Assembly: GCA_028707255.1 (NCBI GenBank)
Contig: JAQTUQ010000006.1
Coordinates: 8,832 to 72,831 of the forward strand
Reading direction: 5' to 3'
Length of the DNA stretch: 64,000 nt
Source: Dehalococcoidales bacterium
GTDB taxonomy: Bacteria; Chloroflexota; Dehalococcoidia; Dehalococcoidales; UBA5627
The notes beneath the pieces are model-generated. The model saw nothing but the letters and a program-made list of their open reading frames with translations. It was not told the origin of the DNA and searched no databases. Both the position numbers and the translations under genes were made by a program. Below, piece after piece: positions 1 through 10,778 of the stretch (position 1 is its first letter; the number at the start of each line of letters is the position of its first letter).

Positions 1-738
1 AGCTACATGTTGAATCTAAAGGAAAGAAATTATGCCGTTACCACCGTTGCGCGCAAAGTGGCGGCGGCGAAATCGTTTTTCAGTTTTATGGTATCTGAAG
101 GCAAGTTAAGGGAAGACCCGACGGAGAACGTAAGTTCTCCCAAGGTGGGAAAACCATTACCCGACGCTCTTTCCATCAGCCAGGTAAGACAGTTAATCGA
201 ACAACCGGCAAAGATGTCAACTCCGGATGCCAGGCGCGACCGTGCAATGCTGGAACTGCTTTATGCCAGCGGCATGAGGGTAAGCGAACTGGTTTCATTA
301 AATTTGGGTGATGTCGATATCAATAATTGCTTTGTGCGTTGTTTCGGAAAAGGCAGCAAGGAAAGAATGGTTCCCATATATCCACAGTCTGCAAAAACAG
401 TCGATGAGTATATCAAGGAAGTGCGCCCTTTATGGGTACACAGGGAAACCGAAAAGGCGTTATTTTTAAACCAGCGCGGCGAAAGATTAACCAGGCAGGG
501 TTTGTGGCAGATATTGAAAAATTATGCAAAGGATGCAGGGCTCGATAAACAGGTAACGCCGCATACTTTAAGGCATAGCTTCGCCACTCACATGTTAAGC
601 GGCGGGGCAGACCTGAGGTCGGTCCAGGAGTTGCTGGGACATGCAAATATTTCCACCACGCAGATTTATACACACCTTACATCGGAGCATGTTCGAAATA
701 CATATGAGAAAGCTCATCCTAGGGCCAAGCAATCTTAA
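1..738 (+). CDS. xerD: Tyrosine recombinase XerD-like, 5' partial (runs off window start)
   Basis: The reading frame is open to base 1. C-terminal tyrosine-recombinase motifs are present (TPHTLRHSFATHML, LLGHANISTTQIYTH). The 243 aa seen are shorter than typical Xer proteins (about 300 aa), so the N-terminus lies upstream of the window. Confidence 0.85.
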   Translation, partial: SYMLNLKERNYAVTTVARKVAAAKSFFSFMVSEGKLREDPTENVSSPKVGKPLPDALSISQVRQLIEQPAKMSTPDARRDRAMLELLYASGMRVSELVSLNLGDVDINNCFVRCFGKGSKERMVPIYPQSAKTVDEYIKEVRPLWVHRETEKALFLNQRGERLTRQGLWQILKNYAKDAGLDKQVTPHTLRHSFATHMLSGGADLRSVQELLGHANISTTQIYTHLTSEHVRNTYEKAHPRAKQS

Positions 739-765
739 ACTATATCCGCTTCAGGGAGGTCTGTT

Positions 766-1065
766 ATGTCGGCAAAGAAAAAACACGGCAAAGGAAAGTA
801 TGCTTACCAGGCTAAAAAAGCCGGTGGGCAAATTGAGAAGCCGTCAACTGATTTTAAGGCTGTTGTTTCCGATTTAGTGAAACCTGATAAAGAAACAGGG
901 TCTACTGCAAAAGAAGATAACCATGTTATCCAGGCAAAAAACAACGTTGCAGTAATGCCGGTTAACATCGGTAAAATCGACTTAATGTATGAAATAAAAC
1001 GCATAGCCGTTATTGCTTCTTTTATAATCGTATTATTGGTTATTTTATTTATTGTGCTAAAATAA
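766..1065 (+). CDS. Hypothetical tail-anchored membrane protein
   Basis: 99-aa ORF with GGGAGG a few nt upstream of ATG 766. Lys-rich N-terminus and a single C-terminal hydrophobic helix (IAVIASFIIVLLVILFIVL). No family recognised. Confidence 0.5.
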   Translation: MSAKKKHGKGKYAYQAKKAGGQIEKPSTDFKAVVSDLVKPDKETGSTAKEDNHVIQAKNNVAVMPVNIGKIDLMYEIKRIAVIASFIIVLLVILFIVLK

Positions 1066-1089
1066 AATGTTAATCGAGGGTTGCTCATC

Positions 1090-1728
1090 ATGGATTATGA
1101 GGCGGCGAGAACCGCACTGGTCAATGATTTTAAAGCGCAAATCGGTGATGAGCAGGTACTTAAAGCCATATTGCGTGTACCAAGGGAGTTATTTGTCCCC
1201 CCGGAAGAAAAGCACCTGGCTTATGAAGATAGACCTTTGCCCATCGGTATGGGGCAAACGATTTCACAACCTTATATAGTGGCCATTATGACGGAAGCTT
1301 TAGAGCTTACAGGCAGGGAAAAGGTTCTCGAAATAGGTACGGGAAGCGGTTATCAAACTGCTGTTTTAGCCGAGTTGTCAGGGTTAGTGATAACAGTTGA
1401 ACGTATTCCCGAATTGGCTCTGGCTGCAAAAGACAGGCTGAATGTACTTGGATATAAGAATATTATTGTTCAGATAGCTGAACCAGATATAGGCTGGCAG
1501 GCCGAGGCGCCGTATGATGCGATAATTGTTACGGCTGCAGCCCCGTTTATTCCGGAAAAACTTCTGGCGCAACTGGCGATCGGAGGAAGGATGGTAATAC
1601 CGGTGGGTTCTCGTTATGAACAGGACTTATATAAAGTCATAAAACACAAAGATAAAAACGAAATCCATAATTTGGGAGGATGTCGTTTTGTGTCTCTTAT
1701 CGGGGAAGATGCCTGGGATGAAGAGTAA
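1090..1728 (+). CDS. pcm: Protein-L-isoaspartate O-methyltransferase
   Basis: Motifs TISQPYIVA and the SAM-binding VLEIGTGSGYQTA. ATG 1090 is preferred over TTG 1081 because GAGGG lies about 11 nt upstream. Confidence 0.85.
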   Translation: MDYEAARTALVNDFKAQIGDEQVLKAILRVPRELFVPPEEKHLAYEDRPLPIGMGQTISQPYIVAIMTEALELTGREKVLEIGTGSGYQTAVLAELSGLVITVERIPELALAAKDRLNVLGYKNIIVQIAEPDIGWQAEAPYDAIIVTAAAPFIPEKLLAQLAIGGRMVIPVGSRYEQDLYKVIKHKDKNEIHNLGGCRFVSLIGEDAWDEE

Positions 1729-2344
1729 TCAGGAAATCACAGGAACAGCTTGCCCTCCGGTCTCCTTCTGGCATAATTTTCCCGATATCGGTATAAAAAA
1801 ATGGATTGTCGTTTCCTCAGTTCTTTTCGTTTCTGGGTTGTTAATCGGAATTATAAGTCCAAGTATAGCCGCGCTTGAAAGCCTGGATTATCTTATAGAC
1901 ATCGCCGGCGGTACGGCATCTCTATCCTCATTCGTTTTATTCATTTTCTATATGATTAACAATATCTTTAAAATGATATTATCCTTTGTATTCAGTCCAT
2001 TGTTATGCATATTGCCTGTTTTATCGCTTATTATGAATGGTTGGATAATATCAAATGTCGGATATTTTATTGTCGATATTCAGCATTATCCAGTCGGTTT
2101 TTTTATTATGGGAATATTGCCGCATGGCATTATTGAAATACCGGCCTTGATTATCGGGCAGGCTGCCGCTTTAAGTCTGGGTACCATGACGATAGCGGCT
2201 GTATTTATTAAAGAAAAGAGGACAGGATTGTTCACGAATCTGAGGAATAATTTAAAATATCTCGCTATAGTTATATTATTACTGGTATTTGCAGCCGGAA
2301 TCGAGGCGTTTATTACCCCACAGGTTTTAGAGCTATTTGAATAA
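1718..2344 (+). CDS. SpoIIM-like / DUF95 family integral membrane protein
   Basis: Multi-pass membrane ORF with the HGIIEIPALIIGQAAAL motif typical of the stage II sporulation protein M family. The start is uncertain (1688, 1709 or 1718) and overlaps the pcm stop. Confidence 0.6.
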   Translation: MKSNQEITGTACPPVSFWHNFPDIGIKKWIVVSSVLFVSGLLIGIISPSIAALESLDYLIDIAGGTASLSSFVLFIFYMINNIFKMILSFVFSPLLCILPVLSLIMNGWIISNVGYFIVDIQHYPVGFFIMGILPHGIIEIPALIIGQAAALSLGTMTIAAVFIKEKRTGLFTNLRNNLKYLAIVILLLVFAAGIEAFITPQVLELFE

Positions 2345-2422
2345 ATAATTATCCGACAAGAATTGCTGTATAAAAAAGCATTATAATATTCTTGGAAATA
2401 AAAAAGGAAAGCAGGTATACAG

Positions 2423-4501
2423 ATGAAACAGTATCAGCCGGAAAATATTCGCAATGTAGTTTTGCTATCGCATAGCGGGGCAGGTAAGACAACGCTATCG
2501 GAAGCAATGTTGTTTAATGCCGGAGTTATCAACCGCTTGGGTAAGGTTGACGCCGGTACCACCACTTCGGATTACGACCAGGATGAAATTAAACGTAAAA
2601 TTAGTATAAATACAACCCTACTCCCCTATGAGTGGCATGATGCCAAGGTCAATCTGCTGGATACTCCGGGCTATTCCGATTTTGCCGGGGAAGTCGATTC
2701 CGCTGTCAGGGTTTGCGAAGGAGCAGTCATTGTGGCGGCTGCGTCTTCGGGGCTGGAAGTCGGAACCGAACAGGCATGGTCTTATTGTGATAAGGCTAAA
2801 CTGGCACGTCTGTTTTTTATAAACAAGATGGACCGCGAAAATGCCGACTTCGGTAAAATAACGGGTGAAATTCAGGCAAAGTTCGGTGCTAAATGCATAC
2901 CGGTACAGATGCCGGTCGGCGCACATACGGATTTTAGAGGCGTAGTCAGCCTTCTTACTATGAAATACTACGCCGGTGAAAAAGGCGAAGAAGCCGATGT
3001 TCCTTCAGAAATAAAAGAACAGGCAACATCTCTGCGTGAAAAGATGGTAGAAGCAATTGCCGAGACAGATGATAACCTGATGGAAAAATACTTAAACGGC
3101 GAAGAGTTAAGTCAGGAGGAATTATTATCAACCTTAAAGAAAGCGATAGCCGACGTCAATATATTCCCGATTTTGGCCGGTTCCGCTTTACAAAATGTGG
3201 CTGTAAATCGATTGATGGATGTGATCAGGGAGTATCTGCCGTCACCGAAAGATGCGGGAATAAACGTGTCGGAAGATTCTGCCGGTAAGGATATTAAAAT
3301 CAGTACTGTCGGACCTCTGTCGGCTCTGGTTTTTAAAACAAGCGCAGACCCGTATGTCGGTAAGCTGACCTATTTTAAGGTGTTTTCAGGAGAACTGGAA
3401 AGTAATTCGCAGGTTTGGAATGTTAATCAGAATAATCCGGAACGTATCGGACAACTCTTCATAATAAGAGGGAAGAATCAGGAACCGATAGCTAAAATCA
3501 GCGCAGGAGATATGGGTGCGGTTGCCAAATTGAGCATTACAGCTACCGGCGATACTCTGGGGGCGCAGGATAAACCTGTTAAGATAGCACCGGCGACTTA
3601 TCCGAAAACTTTGTTCAGCGTTGCCGTATTACCTAAAACCAAGGCTGATGTAGATAAACTGGGGTCATCACTGGCCAGATTGGCGGAGGAAGACCCGACG
3701 CTTATTGTTCATCGTGACCCGGATACCGGTGAAACCATTCTCTCCGGGCTTGGTGAGACACAGGTTGAGGTTGCCGCGGAAAAAATGATGCGCAAGTTTG
3801 GTGTCGCAGTTGAACTGAAAGCTCCGAAAGTCCCTTATAAAGAGACGATTACCTCAGCCGCTAAAGGCGAATACAAGCATAAGAAACAGACCGGCGGCCA
3901 CGGGCAATACGGACACGTAATACTTGAGCTTGAGCCAATGCCTGAAGGAGGGGATAATCAGTTCGAAAACAGGGTGGTCGGAGGTACAATTCCCAGAAAC
4001 TACATACCGGCAGTGGAAAAAGGCGTACATGAGGCTATAAAAGAAGGAGTTCTGGCCGGATATCCTATAGTCAACATCAGAACCCTGGTGATGGATGGAA
4101 GTTTTCATCCGGTAGATTCTTCGGAAATATGTTTCAAGATTGCCGGAGCTGGTGCTTTCAAGAAGGCTATGGCAGACGGTCATCCCATTTTACTCGAACC
4201 GATTGTAAACCTGAAAATTAGAATACCGGGCGATTATACCGGAGATATTATCGGCGACCTTAATACCAAGCGTGCGCGTGTACAGGGCATGAATCCTGAA
4301 GGCAATTACAATGTAGTTGATGCGCAGGTACCGCTGGCGGAAATTTTACGTTATGCTATCGATTTGAAATCGATGACACAGGGCAGGGGTTCTTTCAGCT
4401 ATGAATTCGACCACTACGAAGAAGTTCCAGCTCATATAACCCAAAAGATAGTTGCCGAGCATGAAGCGGAAAAACAGAAGATGGCTGAGGGAAAAGCCTA
4501 G
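2423..4501 (+). CDS. Elongation factor G paralog, EF-G2 (EFG-II) subfamily
   Basis: 692 aa. The P-loop is SHSGAGKTT rather than the canonical AHxDxGKTT. DTPGYSDF, NKMD, KQTGGHGQYGHV and a C-terminal HYEEVPAHITQKIV resemble EF-G2-type proteins (e.g. Thermus EF-G-2, from memory). It is not in an rpsL-rpsG-fusA-tuf context. Confidence 0.9.
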   Translation: MKQYQPENIRNVVLLSHSGAGKTTLSEAMLFNAGVINRLGKVDAGTTTSDYDQDEIKRKISINTTLLPYEWHDAKVNLLDTPGYSDFAGEVDSAVRVCEGAVIVAAASSGLEVGTEQAWSYCDKAKLARLFFINKMDRENADFGKITGEIQAKFGAKCIPVQMPVGAHTDFRGVVSLLTMKYYAGEKGEEADVPSEIKEQATSLREKMVEAIAETDDNLMEKYLNGEELSQEELLSTLKKAIADVNIFPILAGSALQNVAVNRLMDVIREYLPSPKDAGINVSEDSAGKDIKISTVGPLSALVFKTSADPYVGKLTYFKVFSGELESNSQVWNVNQNNPERIGQLFIIRGKNQEPIAKISAGDMGAVAKLSITATGDTLGAQDKPVKIAPATYPKTLFSVAVLPKTKADVDKLGSSLARLAEEDPTLIVHRDPDTGETILSGLGETQVEVAAEKMMRKFGVAVELKAPKVPYKETITSAAKGEYKHKKQTGGHGQYGHVILELEPMPEGGDNQFENRVVGGTIPRNYIPAVEKGVHEAIKEGVLAGYPIVNIRTLVMDGSFHPVDSSEICFKIAGAGAFKKAMADGHPILLEPIVNLKIRIPGDYTGDIIGDLNTKRARVQGMNPEGNYNVVDAQVPLAEILRYAIDLKSMTQGRGSFSYEFDHYEEVPAHITQKIVAEHEAEKQKMAEGKA

Positions 4502-4528
4502 TATACAGTTCTCAATTTTAACTAAGAG

Positions 4529-4566
4529 ACCGGCAGAGCGAGCAATCATTCTGCCGGTTTTGTTTT
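4529..4566 (+). terminator. Rho-independent terminator after the EF-G2 gene
   Basis: Hairpin ACCGGCAGA...TCTGCCGGT followed by TTTTGTTTT, 28 nt after the stop codon. Confidence 0.6.
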
Positions 4567-4662
4567 ATTATTTTACTGTACAGATATATATTGGGTAGCG
4601 TTTATAAATCATTGCCGCTGCTTAGTTCTACAGGTTGGGACTCAGTGGAAGAAGATTTACCA

Positions 4663-4785
4663 AGTCCCGATTTCATCGGGATGAGCGACCCTCGTTCGTG
4701 GTGAGCCTGTCGAACCATAACGGCGAGAAAAATTAATTGTATTATTGTTTCGTTCTACAGACCCTTCGACACACTCAGGGCACGT
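4663..4785. repeat. Intergenic modular hairpin-repeat cluster A
   Basis: Contains the hairpin CCCGATttcATCGGG. It holds a 31-mer (4694-4724, GTTCGTGGTGAGCCTGTCGAACCATAACGGC) identical to 13675-13705, and a CCTTCGACAnnCTCAGG module that also occurs at 13740-13756. Confidence 0.6.
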
Positions 4786-4854
4786 AACATATTATCGCTT
4801 GTAACTTAACGGTTACCCATGTCGGGATTTCCCTGTGTGAAGACGTTTAGGAGA

Positions 4855-5685
4855 TTATCTAAAAGAAGCGCAGACTATGCGGTCTATGCCACTTAAATCG
4901 GGGATGACCTCTACATCCTTAACGGAAGCAATTCCTTTAAGAAGGTCAACGACAGCATTTTTCTGCCCCAGTCCTATCTCAAGCAGCAGATAGCCACCCG
5001 TATTTATTCTGTTTTCAACCTGACTGCAAAGGAGCCTGATTATATCCAGACCGTCTTCTCCGCCGTCCAGGGCAAGTCTCGGCTCGCAGGAACCCTGTGG
5101 AATATCCTCTTTTTTAACATAGGGCAGATTGGCAGTAATAATATCCGCTTTCTGAGGTAAAGGTTCCAGTAAATTACCGCAAAGCAAAGTTATTCTGTCG
5201 TTTACGTTATGCCTGTGGCAATTAATGTCCGCTGTTTTTAAAGCCTCGAAAGAAATATCTGTAGCAATTATTTCTGCTTTTGGCAGATTAACCGCTAGGC
5301 TGACAGCGATTGCTCCGCTGCCGGTTCCGATATCGGCTATAATCGGCCGGGTATAAGACCTGCCAAGTTCAAGGGCTTTATCTACCAGGTGTTCCGTTTC
5401 GGGTCTGGGTATTAAAACGTTTCTGTTTACATAGAAATCGAGCCCGTAGAATTCCCTGTTTCCTGTTATATAAGCGGAAGGTTCGCCTTGAAGCCTGCGG
5501 CTTATTACCTGTTGCAGTCTTTCCCAAACGTCTTCCGGTAATTCCACTTCTAGGTTTTGGTAAAGCTGAACCCTGCTGTGTCCCGTTACGTGCCTTACCA
5601 GCAATTCGCTTTCCAGTGAAGCGTCATCGATATTACTGCCGGAAAGAACATTGCGGGTTTGATTTAGACAGTCCCTGTGAATCAT
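4855..5685 (-). CDS. prmC: Release-factor glutamine N5-methyltransferase PrmC/HemK
   Basis: SAM motif [12 protein letters not shown] and catalytic NLPY (ITANLPYV). Overlaps the upstream prfA by 4 nt, the classic prfA-prmC arrangement. Confidence 0.85.
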   Translation of the reverse strand: MIHRDCLNQTRNVLSGSNIDDASLESELLVRHVTGHSRVQLYQNLEVELPEDVWERLQQVISRRLQGEPSAYITGNREFYGLDFYVNRNVLIPRPETEHLVDKALELGRSYTRPIIADIGTGSGAIAVSLAVNLPKAEIIATDISFEALKTADINCHRHNVNDRITLLCGNLLEPLPQKADIITANLPYVKKEDIPQGSCEPRLALDGGEDGLDIIRLLCSQVENRINTGGYLLLEIGLGQKNAVVDLLKGIASVKDVEVIPDLSGIDRIVCASFR

Positions 5686-6752
5686 TCCAGGTGCGACTCT
5701 AATAACTTGGCCTGTTCATCAGCGGCAAGCGAATCGAGCAGTTCGTCTAGATTGCCTTCCATGACATTCGGCAGGTTGCGTAATGTAATACCGCCGCGGT
5801 GGTCGGTAATCCTGTCCTGGGGGAAATTGTATGTCCTTATTTTTTCGACACGCTCGGCTGTGCCTACCTGGGAACGCCGTTCTTCGACGATATCGCCTTC
5901 CTGCTTGCGCTGCTCCATATCCAGCAGCCTTGCTCTTAAAACGGACATGGCTTTGGTCTTGTTTTTAAGTTGTGAACGTTCGTCCTGGCAAATGACCACG
6001 ATACCGGTAGGTAAATGTGTAATGCGTATTGCAGTAGCCACTTTATTAACGTTTTGCCCTCCGGCTCCGCCGCTGTGAAAGACATCGATTCTCAAGTCGC
6101 TCTGGTTGATATCTACCTCAACCTCATCGGCTACCGGGAGTACCGCTACGGTAGCGGTAGAAGTGTGTATACGCCCTGAAGCTTCAGTGGTGGGCACTCT
6201 CTGTACACGGTGTACGCCTCTTTCGTATTTTAAACGGCTGAAGGCGCCTCTGCCGCGGATTTCAAATATCACTTCGCGGATACCTCCGGTTCCTATTTCG
6301 TTGAGATTGATAATATCCGTAACCCATCCTTTAATTTGAGCGTAACGCGTATACATGCGGAAAAGATCGGCGGCAAAAAGCCCCGCTTCCTCCCCACCGG
6401 TACCCGACCTTATTTCCATGATAATATCTTTTTCATCATTGGGGTCTTTCGGAAGGAGAGATAACTTTAAATCCTGATACTGTTTCCCGACTTCGGATTC
6501 AAGATTTTCAATCTCCTGTTTAACCATCGATAACATTTCTTCATCGAGCCTGTCATCAAGCATAGCCCGAGTGTCTTCAAGTGTTTTAACCGATTTATGG
6601 TATTGCCGATACAGGGCAACCAGTTCTTCCAATCGTGCTCTTTCTTGGGCAAGTTCCTGCATTTTTTTTGGATTCGAAATAGCTTCCTCGGAGGCCATTT
6701 CCTCCTCAAGTTCAATATACTGTTGTTCGATTTTAGCAAGACGTTCTAACAT
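5682..6752 (-). CDS. prfA: Peptide chain release factor 1
   Basis: 356 aa with the GGQ motif ([13 protein letters not shown]) and the RF1-type PxT tripeptide context (VPTTE). Confidence 0.95.
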   Translation of the reverse strand: MLERLAKIEQQYIELEEEMASEEAISNPKKMQELAQERARLEELVALYRQYHKSVKTLEDTRAMLDDRLDEEMLSMVKQEIENLESEVGKQYQDLKLSLLPKDPNDEKDIIMEIRSGTGGEEAGLFAADLFRMYTRYAQIKGWVTDIINLNEIGTGGIREVIFEIRGRGAFSRLKYERGVHRVQRVPTTEASGRIHTSTATVAVLPVADEVEVDINQSDLRIDVFHSGGAGGQNVNKVATAIRITHLPTGIVVICQDERSQLKNKTKAMSVLRARLLDMEQRKQEGDIVEERRSQVGTAERVEKIRTYNFPQDRITDHRGGITLRNLPNVMEGNLDELLDSLAADEQAKLLESHLE

Positions 6753-6800
6753 TTATTACCTTTATACCTCTAAGTGATTCCTTATATTATAACATAAGCA

Positions 6801-6829
6801 AACGCAATGCCCGGTTGCTGCATTGCGTT
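6801..6829 (-). terminator. Possible terminator hairpin after the nucleotidyltransferase gene
   Basis: Perfect inverted repeat AACGCAATGC...GCATTGCGTT. The T-tract on the minus strand is weak, so confidence is low. Confidence 0.3.
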
Positions 6830-6873
6830 ATTTATCGGATTATCTATTAAAACATTTACAACATTGAAATATT

Positions 6874-7962
6874 CTAATTGACTATGGTATTCGGCGAAAC
6901 AAGCCGGCCGGCTTTGACATGTTGACCGTAGCCTATAATTGCATTGTTACCCAGCACTGCTTCTTCAATAGTACTCCCCGAACCGATATGGCTGTTATTG
7001 GCTATTATGGTGTGTTTTATCCGGGCAAGGGGCTCGACATGAACAGAGTTCCACAAAATCGAATCATCTACAACCGAGTTGTTGGAAATCTGGCAATTTG
7101 AACCGATAACCACCGAGCCGTTTATTTTTACGTCTTCGCCTATAACACAATTATTACCTATTACGGCGGGGCCTGTGATCTGAGCCGAAGGATGTATAAT
7201 ACAATGAGTGCCGGTTACTACTTTTTTCTTGCCGTTATTAAAGCGATATTGGTTGCTTTTACCGTTAAGCAGGTCATAATGAAGCTGGAAATAGTTTTCC
7301 GGTTTACCGATGTCTATCCAGTAACAATCTGCGGGATAGGCAAAGACATCCTTCTTTTCGCGCAGGAGCAGGGGGAATATATCTCTTTCGAAACTGCAAT
7401 TGGTTTGCGAGGGAATAAGCGATATTACTTCCGGTTCCAAAATATATGTACCTGCATTTATCATATTGGTAGTGATTTCATCCGGATTCGGTTTTTCCAA
7501 AAAACGTAAAATCCTGTTCCGGTTATCGGTTTCCACCAGCCCGTAACTGGTTGGGTCTTCGACCGGTGTCAGAGCTATAGTAAGCATGGCTTTGTTTTGA
7601 TTGTGATTCTCCATCATAGCGGTTAAGTCCAGATCGGTAAAAATATCCCCGTTGAACACAAGGGTTGGCCCGTCTATAAATCCTCCGGCATTCTTTACGG
7701 CGCCGGCTGTTCCCAGCGGGGTTTCTTCAACCGTATATGAAAGCTTAACGTCAAAACGGCTGCCGTCGCCGAAGTAATCCTTAATAGGTTCTGCCAGATA
7801 ACTGACGGCGAGGGCAATATCGCTAACTTTATGCGATTTTAAACGTTTAATAAAGTATTCAAGGAAAGGGATGTTAAGCACCGGAACCATTGATTTAGGG
7901 GTATTTATGGTTAAAGGTCTTAACCTGGTACCGAAACCGCCGCTTAAAATCACTGCTTTCAT
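6874..7962 (-). CDS. NDP-sugar pyrophosphorylase (mannose-1-P guanylyltransferase / glucose-1-P nucleotidyltransferase family)
   Basis: N-terminal ILSGGFGTRLRPLT nucleotidyltransferase signature. The C-terminal part has left-handed beta-helix hexapeptide repeats. Confidence 0.75.
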   Translation of the reverse strand: MKAVILSGGFGTRLRPLTINTPKSMVPVLNIPFLEYFIKRLKSHKVSDIALAVSYLAEPIKDYFGDGSRFDVKLSYTVEETPLGTAGAVKNAGGFIDGPTLVFNGDIFTDLDLTAMMENHNQNKAMLTIALTPVEDPTSYGLVETDNRNRILRFLEKPNPDEITTNMINAGTYILEPEVISLIPSQTNCSFERDIFPLLLREKKDVFAYPADCYWIDIGKPENYFQLHYDLLNGKSNQYRFNNGKKKVVTGTHCIIHPSAQITGPAVIGNNCVIGEDVKINGSVVIGSNCQISNNSVVDDSILWNSVHVEPLARIKHTIIANNSHIGSGSTIEEAVLGNNAIIGYGQHVKAGRLVSPNTIVN

Positions 7963-8180
7963 TATTAATTGCCCCCCTTGAAGAAGATGAATCGTTTACT
8001 GTGGCTGAATGATTATAGTATATAATATTAGACACAGTTTTAAAAGAATTTAAATTGCACTGTATCGGCTTAAGGGCTTATAATTACAGCATTATTGTTA
8101 AGAGTAAAAGCGGATTTTGCAGTAATTGAACCCAGATTAAGCTGTTCATATTTTGAAAATAAGAGGGAGAGTTAACGACA

Positions 8181-9443
8181 TTGAATAAAACACCTGCTAA
8201 AAGAAAAATGACGCATGTAGTCAGGGAGAAAAAACGAAAAAATTTTACGGATATAATAAAATTTGCTGTTTTTACGGTAATCGCAATTGTAGTCGGTCTT
8301 GTGGGAGTCGGTATCCATGAATGGTATAAAGACGAATACAAACCGATGCATGAAACCGTCATCGATGTGAACGGCACCAAGTTCGATATGACTTACTATG
8401 TTGATATGCTTAGATATGTATCGGGCGAATACTATCAATATGCGGCATATTTTACATCCTATGCATTGCAGTATATCGAGTACTATGAACTTATAAAACA
8501 GGGTGCCGAGGAATTAGGCATCACCGTTTCCGAAAAAGAAATTACCGTCCTGATAAAAGAAAATGAATATGATAATACCCCTGCTGCCAGGGACATGATA
8601 AGGGCAAGTCTGCTTATTCCTTTGTTGGAAGAGCATTTCGGCTCACAAATCGATGCATCCACTGAGCATAATTATGTGCTGGCAATGTTCCTTGAAAGCC
8701 AGTCACAGGTTGATGCGGTTAAGAGCAGGATTGCCAGCGGCGAATTATTTAAAGATATTGCCGAAGAGCTTTCACTTGATACCACTACTCAGAAAGCCGT
8801 CGGTGACCTCGGCTGGTTGCCCAAGGGTGTAATTGACGATATTCTTGGCAATACGGTGTTAACCGATGAACTTGTTTCAAATGCCGTTATCGGTGAATTG
8901 AATTCTGTTGAAGATACGACAAAAACGAAAGCGGTAGGTTACTGGATACTCAAAGTTATCGAACGGTCAGCGCAGGTGTATAATGGTGCGGAAGAAGAGG
9001 TAGAGGTTGCTACTATTAAGGCAATACTCGTCGGCAGTCAGGAGCTGGCTGACGAAGTTTTAACTTTGTTAAACAATGGTGGGGATTTCGATGAATTAGC
9101 AGAAGAGTATTCACAGATATGGGATGAGGATGACGGCTGTGTCCTGGAAGTAGAGCAGGGAACTTATTCTGAAGTATTCGAGGCTTTTGTTTTCGATGAA
9201 GATACGGTCGTAAATACCATCAGTGAAATCATACGCGATACCGAAAAAACTACAAGCGGCGGTTACTGGCTGTATCAGGTTACCGATAATGCAATCCGCG
9301 ACATATCCGAGGAGAACATGGAAATCTTAATTGGGGACGCGATGGATGAGTGGGTGGCATCATTCGATTATGATACGGTAATCGAATCGGAAAATATCGA
9401 AGAAATGAAGACCTTTGCGGCCGCAAAGGTCTCAGGTTCATAA
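8181..9443 (+). CDS. Membrane-anchored PpiC/parvulin-like peptidyl-prolyl isomerase (SurA/PrsA-like)
   Basis: TTG start. N-terminal TM helix (FAVFTVIAIVVGLVGVGI), followed by two degenerate parvulin-like segments (…GDLGWLPKG…, …GGYWLYQV…). Confidence 0.55.
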   Translation: MNKTPAKRKMTHVVREKKRKNFTDIIKFAVFTVIAIVVGLVGVGIHEWYKDEYKPMHETVIDVNGTKFDMTYYVDMLRYVSGEYYQYAAYFTSYALQYIEYYELIKQGAEELGITVSEKEITVLIKENEYDNTPAARDMIRASLLIPLLEEHFGSQIDASTEHNYVLAMFLESQSQVDAVKSRIASGELFKDIAEELSLDTTTQKAVGDLGWLPKGVIDDILGNTVLTDELVSNAVIGELNSVEDTTKTKAVGYWILKVIERSAQVYNGAEEEVEVATIKAILVGSQELADEVLTLLNNGGDFDELAEEYSQIWDEDDGCVLEVEQGTYSEVFEAFVFDEDTVVNTISEIIRDTEKTTSGGYWLYQVTDNAIRDISEENMEILIGDAMDEWVASFDYDTVIESENIEEMKTFAAAKVSGS

Positions 9444-9475
9444 TCAGTTAAAGTTTAAGAATGGGGTAAATTATC

Positions 9476-10777
9476 ATGGGAAAGAAAAGTATCGGGGTCG
9501 GCTTGATGGGGTTCGGGGTAATCGGCAGCCAGGTCGGGCGAGTTTTACTGAACAGAGCTGCCCATATCTCCGAGCAGGCCGGTTCTATGGTTGTGCTGCG
9601 TAAAATAAAGGTTATCGAGCCGGATTTGGGGACACCTAAAACTGATGGGATAGACCCCGTTCTTTTTACTATAGACGAGAATGAATTTTTCAATACCCCT
9701 GATATGGATATAGTTATTGAGGTAATCGGTGGTGAAAAACCGGCGCGTTCATATAATGAACGGGCAATCAAGGCGGGAAAACACGTGGTTACTGCCAATA
9801 AGGAACTGATAGCCAAATACGGTTCAGAATTGATGGAACTGGCAAAAATACATAATGTCAGTCTTAATTATGAAGCGGCTGTCGGCGGGGGCATCCCGCT
9901 CATCGCTCCGTTGCAAAAGGACCTGGTTGCTAATAATATCGAGGGGATATATGCCATCATAAACGGCACCACAAACTATATACTGACGCGCATGTCTTCC
10001 GAGGATATCGACTTTGCTCCGGTCCTAGCTGAAGCGCAGAAACTGGGATATGCCGAGGCTAATCCCAGTAATGATATCGAAGGCATCGATGCGGCTTATA
10101 AACTGGCGATTATGGCTTCGCTTACCATGGAAATCAGGGTTCGCCCCGAAGATATCTATTGCGAGGGTATTTCAAAACTGGAAAGCCGTGATTTTCGCTA
10201 TGCCAGCGAATTGGGCTATGCCATTAAGTTATTGGCGATTGCCAGGCACAGCAACGGTTCTGTAGAGGTTCATGTTTATCCGGCATTCGTACCTGAGGGC
10301 AGTTTCCTGGCCAAAGTTGATGGAGTTTACAATGCCGTTCTGGTTGAGGGCGATTTGGTCGGCAAGGTTACCTTCTGGGGCGAAGGCGCCGGCGCCAAGC
10401 CCACATCCAGCGCCGTTGTGGCCAATGTGATACAAGCAGCCAGAAAAATCGCCTGCGGGGATACCTCCCATAGCTACTGGAAAATAAAACCCGGTAAAAA
10501 AATCAAACCGATGTCGGAAATTACCACCAGGTATTATATCAGGATGACGATAAACGATATGCCGGGAGCCTTGGCCGGTATTGCCGGAGTTTTCGGTAAT
10601 TGCGGAATCAGTATTTCGGCTGCACTGCAAAAAGAAGATAATCTAGAGGAAAAATCTGCCGAAATCGTAATCATGACACATCCTTCGAAAGAAGAGGCGG
10701 TGCAGGCAGCTTTGAAGGAATTGAATAATCTGTCGGTGGTCAAGACAATAAATAATTTTATACGTGTCGAGGAATAA
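9476..10777 (+). CDS. hom: Homoserine dehydrogenase
   Basis: N-terminal NAD fold ([14 protein letters not shown]), catalytic region ([10 protein letters not shown], EADPSxD-like [16 protein letters not shown]) and a C-terminal ACT domain. Confidence 0.9.
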   Translation: MGKKSIGVGLMGFGVIGSQVGRVLLNRAAHISEQAGSMVVLRKIKVIEPDLGTPKTDGIDPVLFTIDENEFFNTPDMDIVIEVIGGEKPARSYNERAIKAGKHVVTANKELIAKYGSELMELAKIHNVSLNYEAAVGGGIPLIAPLQKDLVANNIEGIYAIINGTTNYILTRMSSEDIDFAPVLAEAQKLGYAEANPSNDIEGIDAAYKLAIMASLTMEIRVRPEDIYCEGISKLESRDFRYASELGYAIKLLAIARHSNGSVEVHVYPAFVPEGSFLAKVDGVYNAVLVEGDLVGKVTFWGEGAGAKPTSSAVVANVIQAARKIACGDTSHSYWKIKPGKKIKPMSEITTRYYIRMTINDMPGALAGIAGVFGNCGISISAALQKEDNLEEKSAEIVIMTHPSKEEAVQAALKELNNLSVVKTINNFIRVEE

Positions 10778-10778
10778 G

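Noticed and set aside
1-738. The Xer-type tyrosine recombinases (here and at 59586..60536) as integrases marking a mobile island
   Set aside because: Both look like housekeeping XerC/XerD: full catalytic motifs, and conserved dprA-topA-xerC synteny for one. No att-like direct repeats, tRNA-adjacent integration or phage/plasmid genes accompany them. The tRNA-Ser at 63886 is separated from xerC by topA and dprA.
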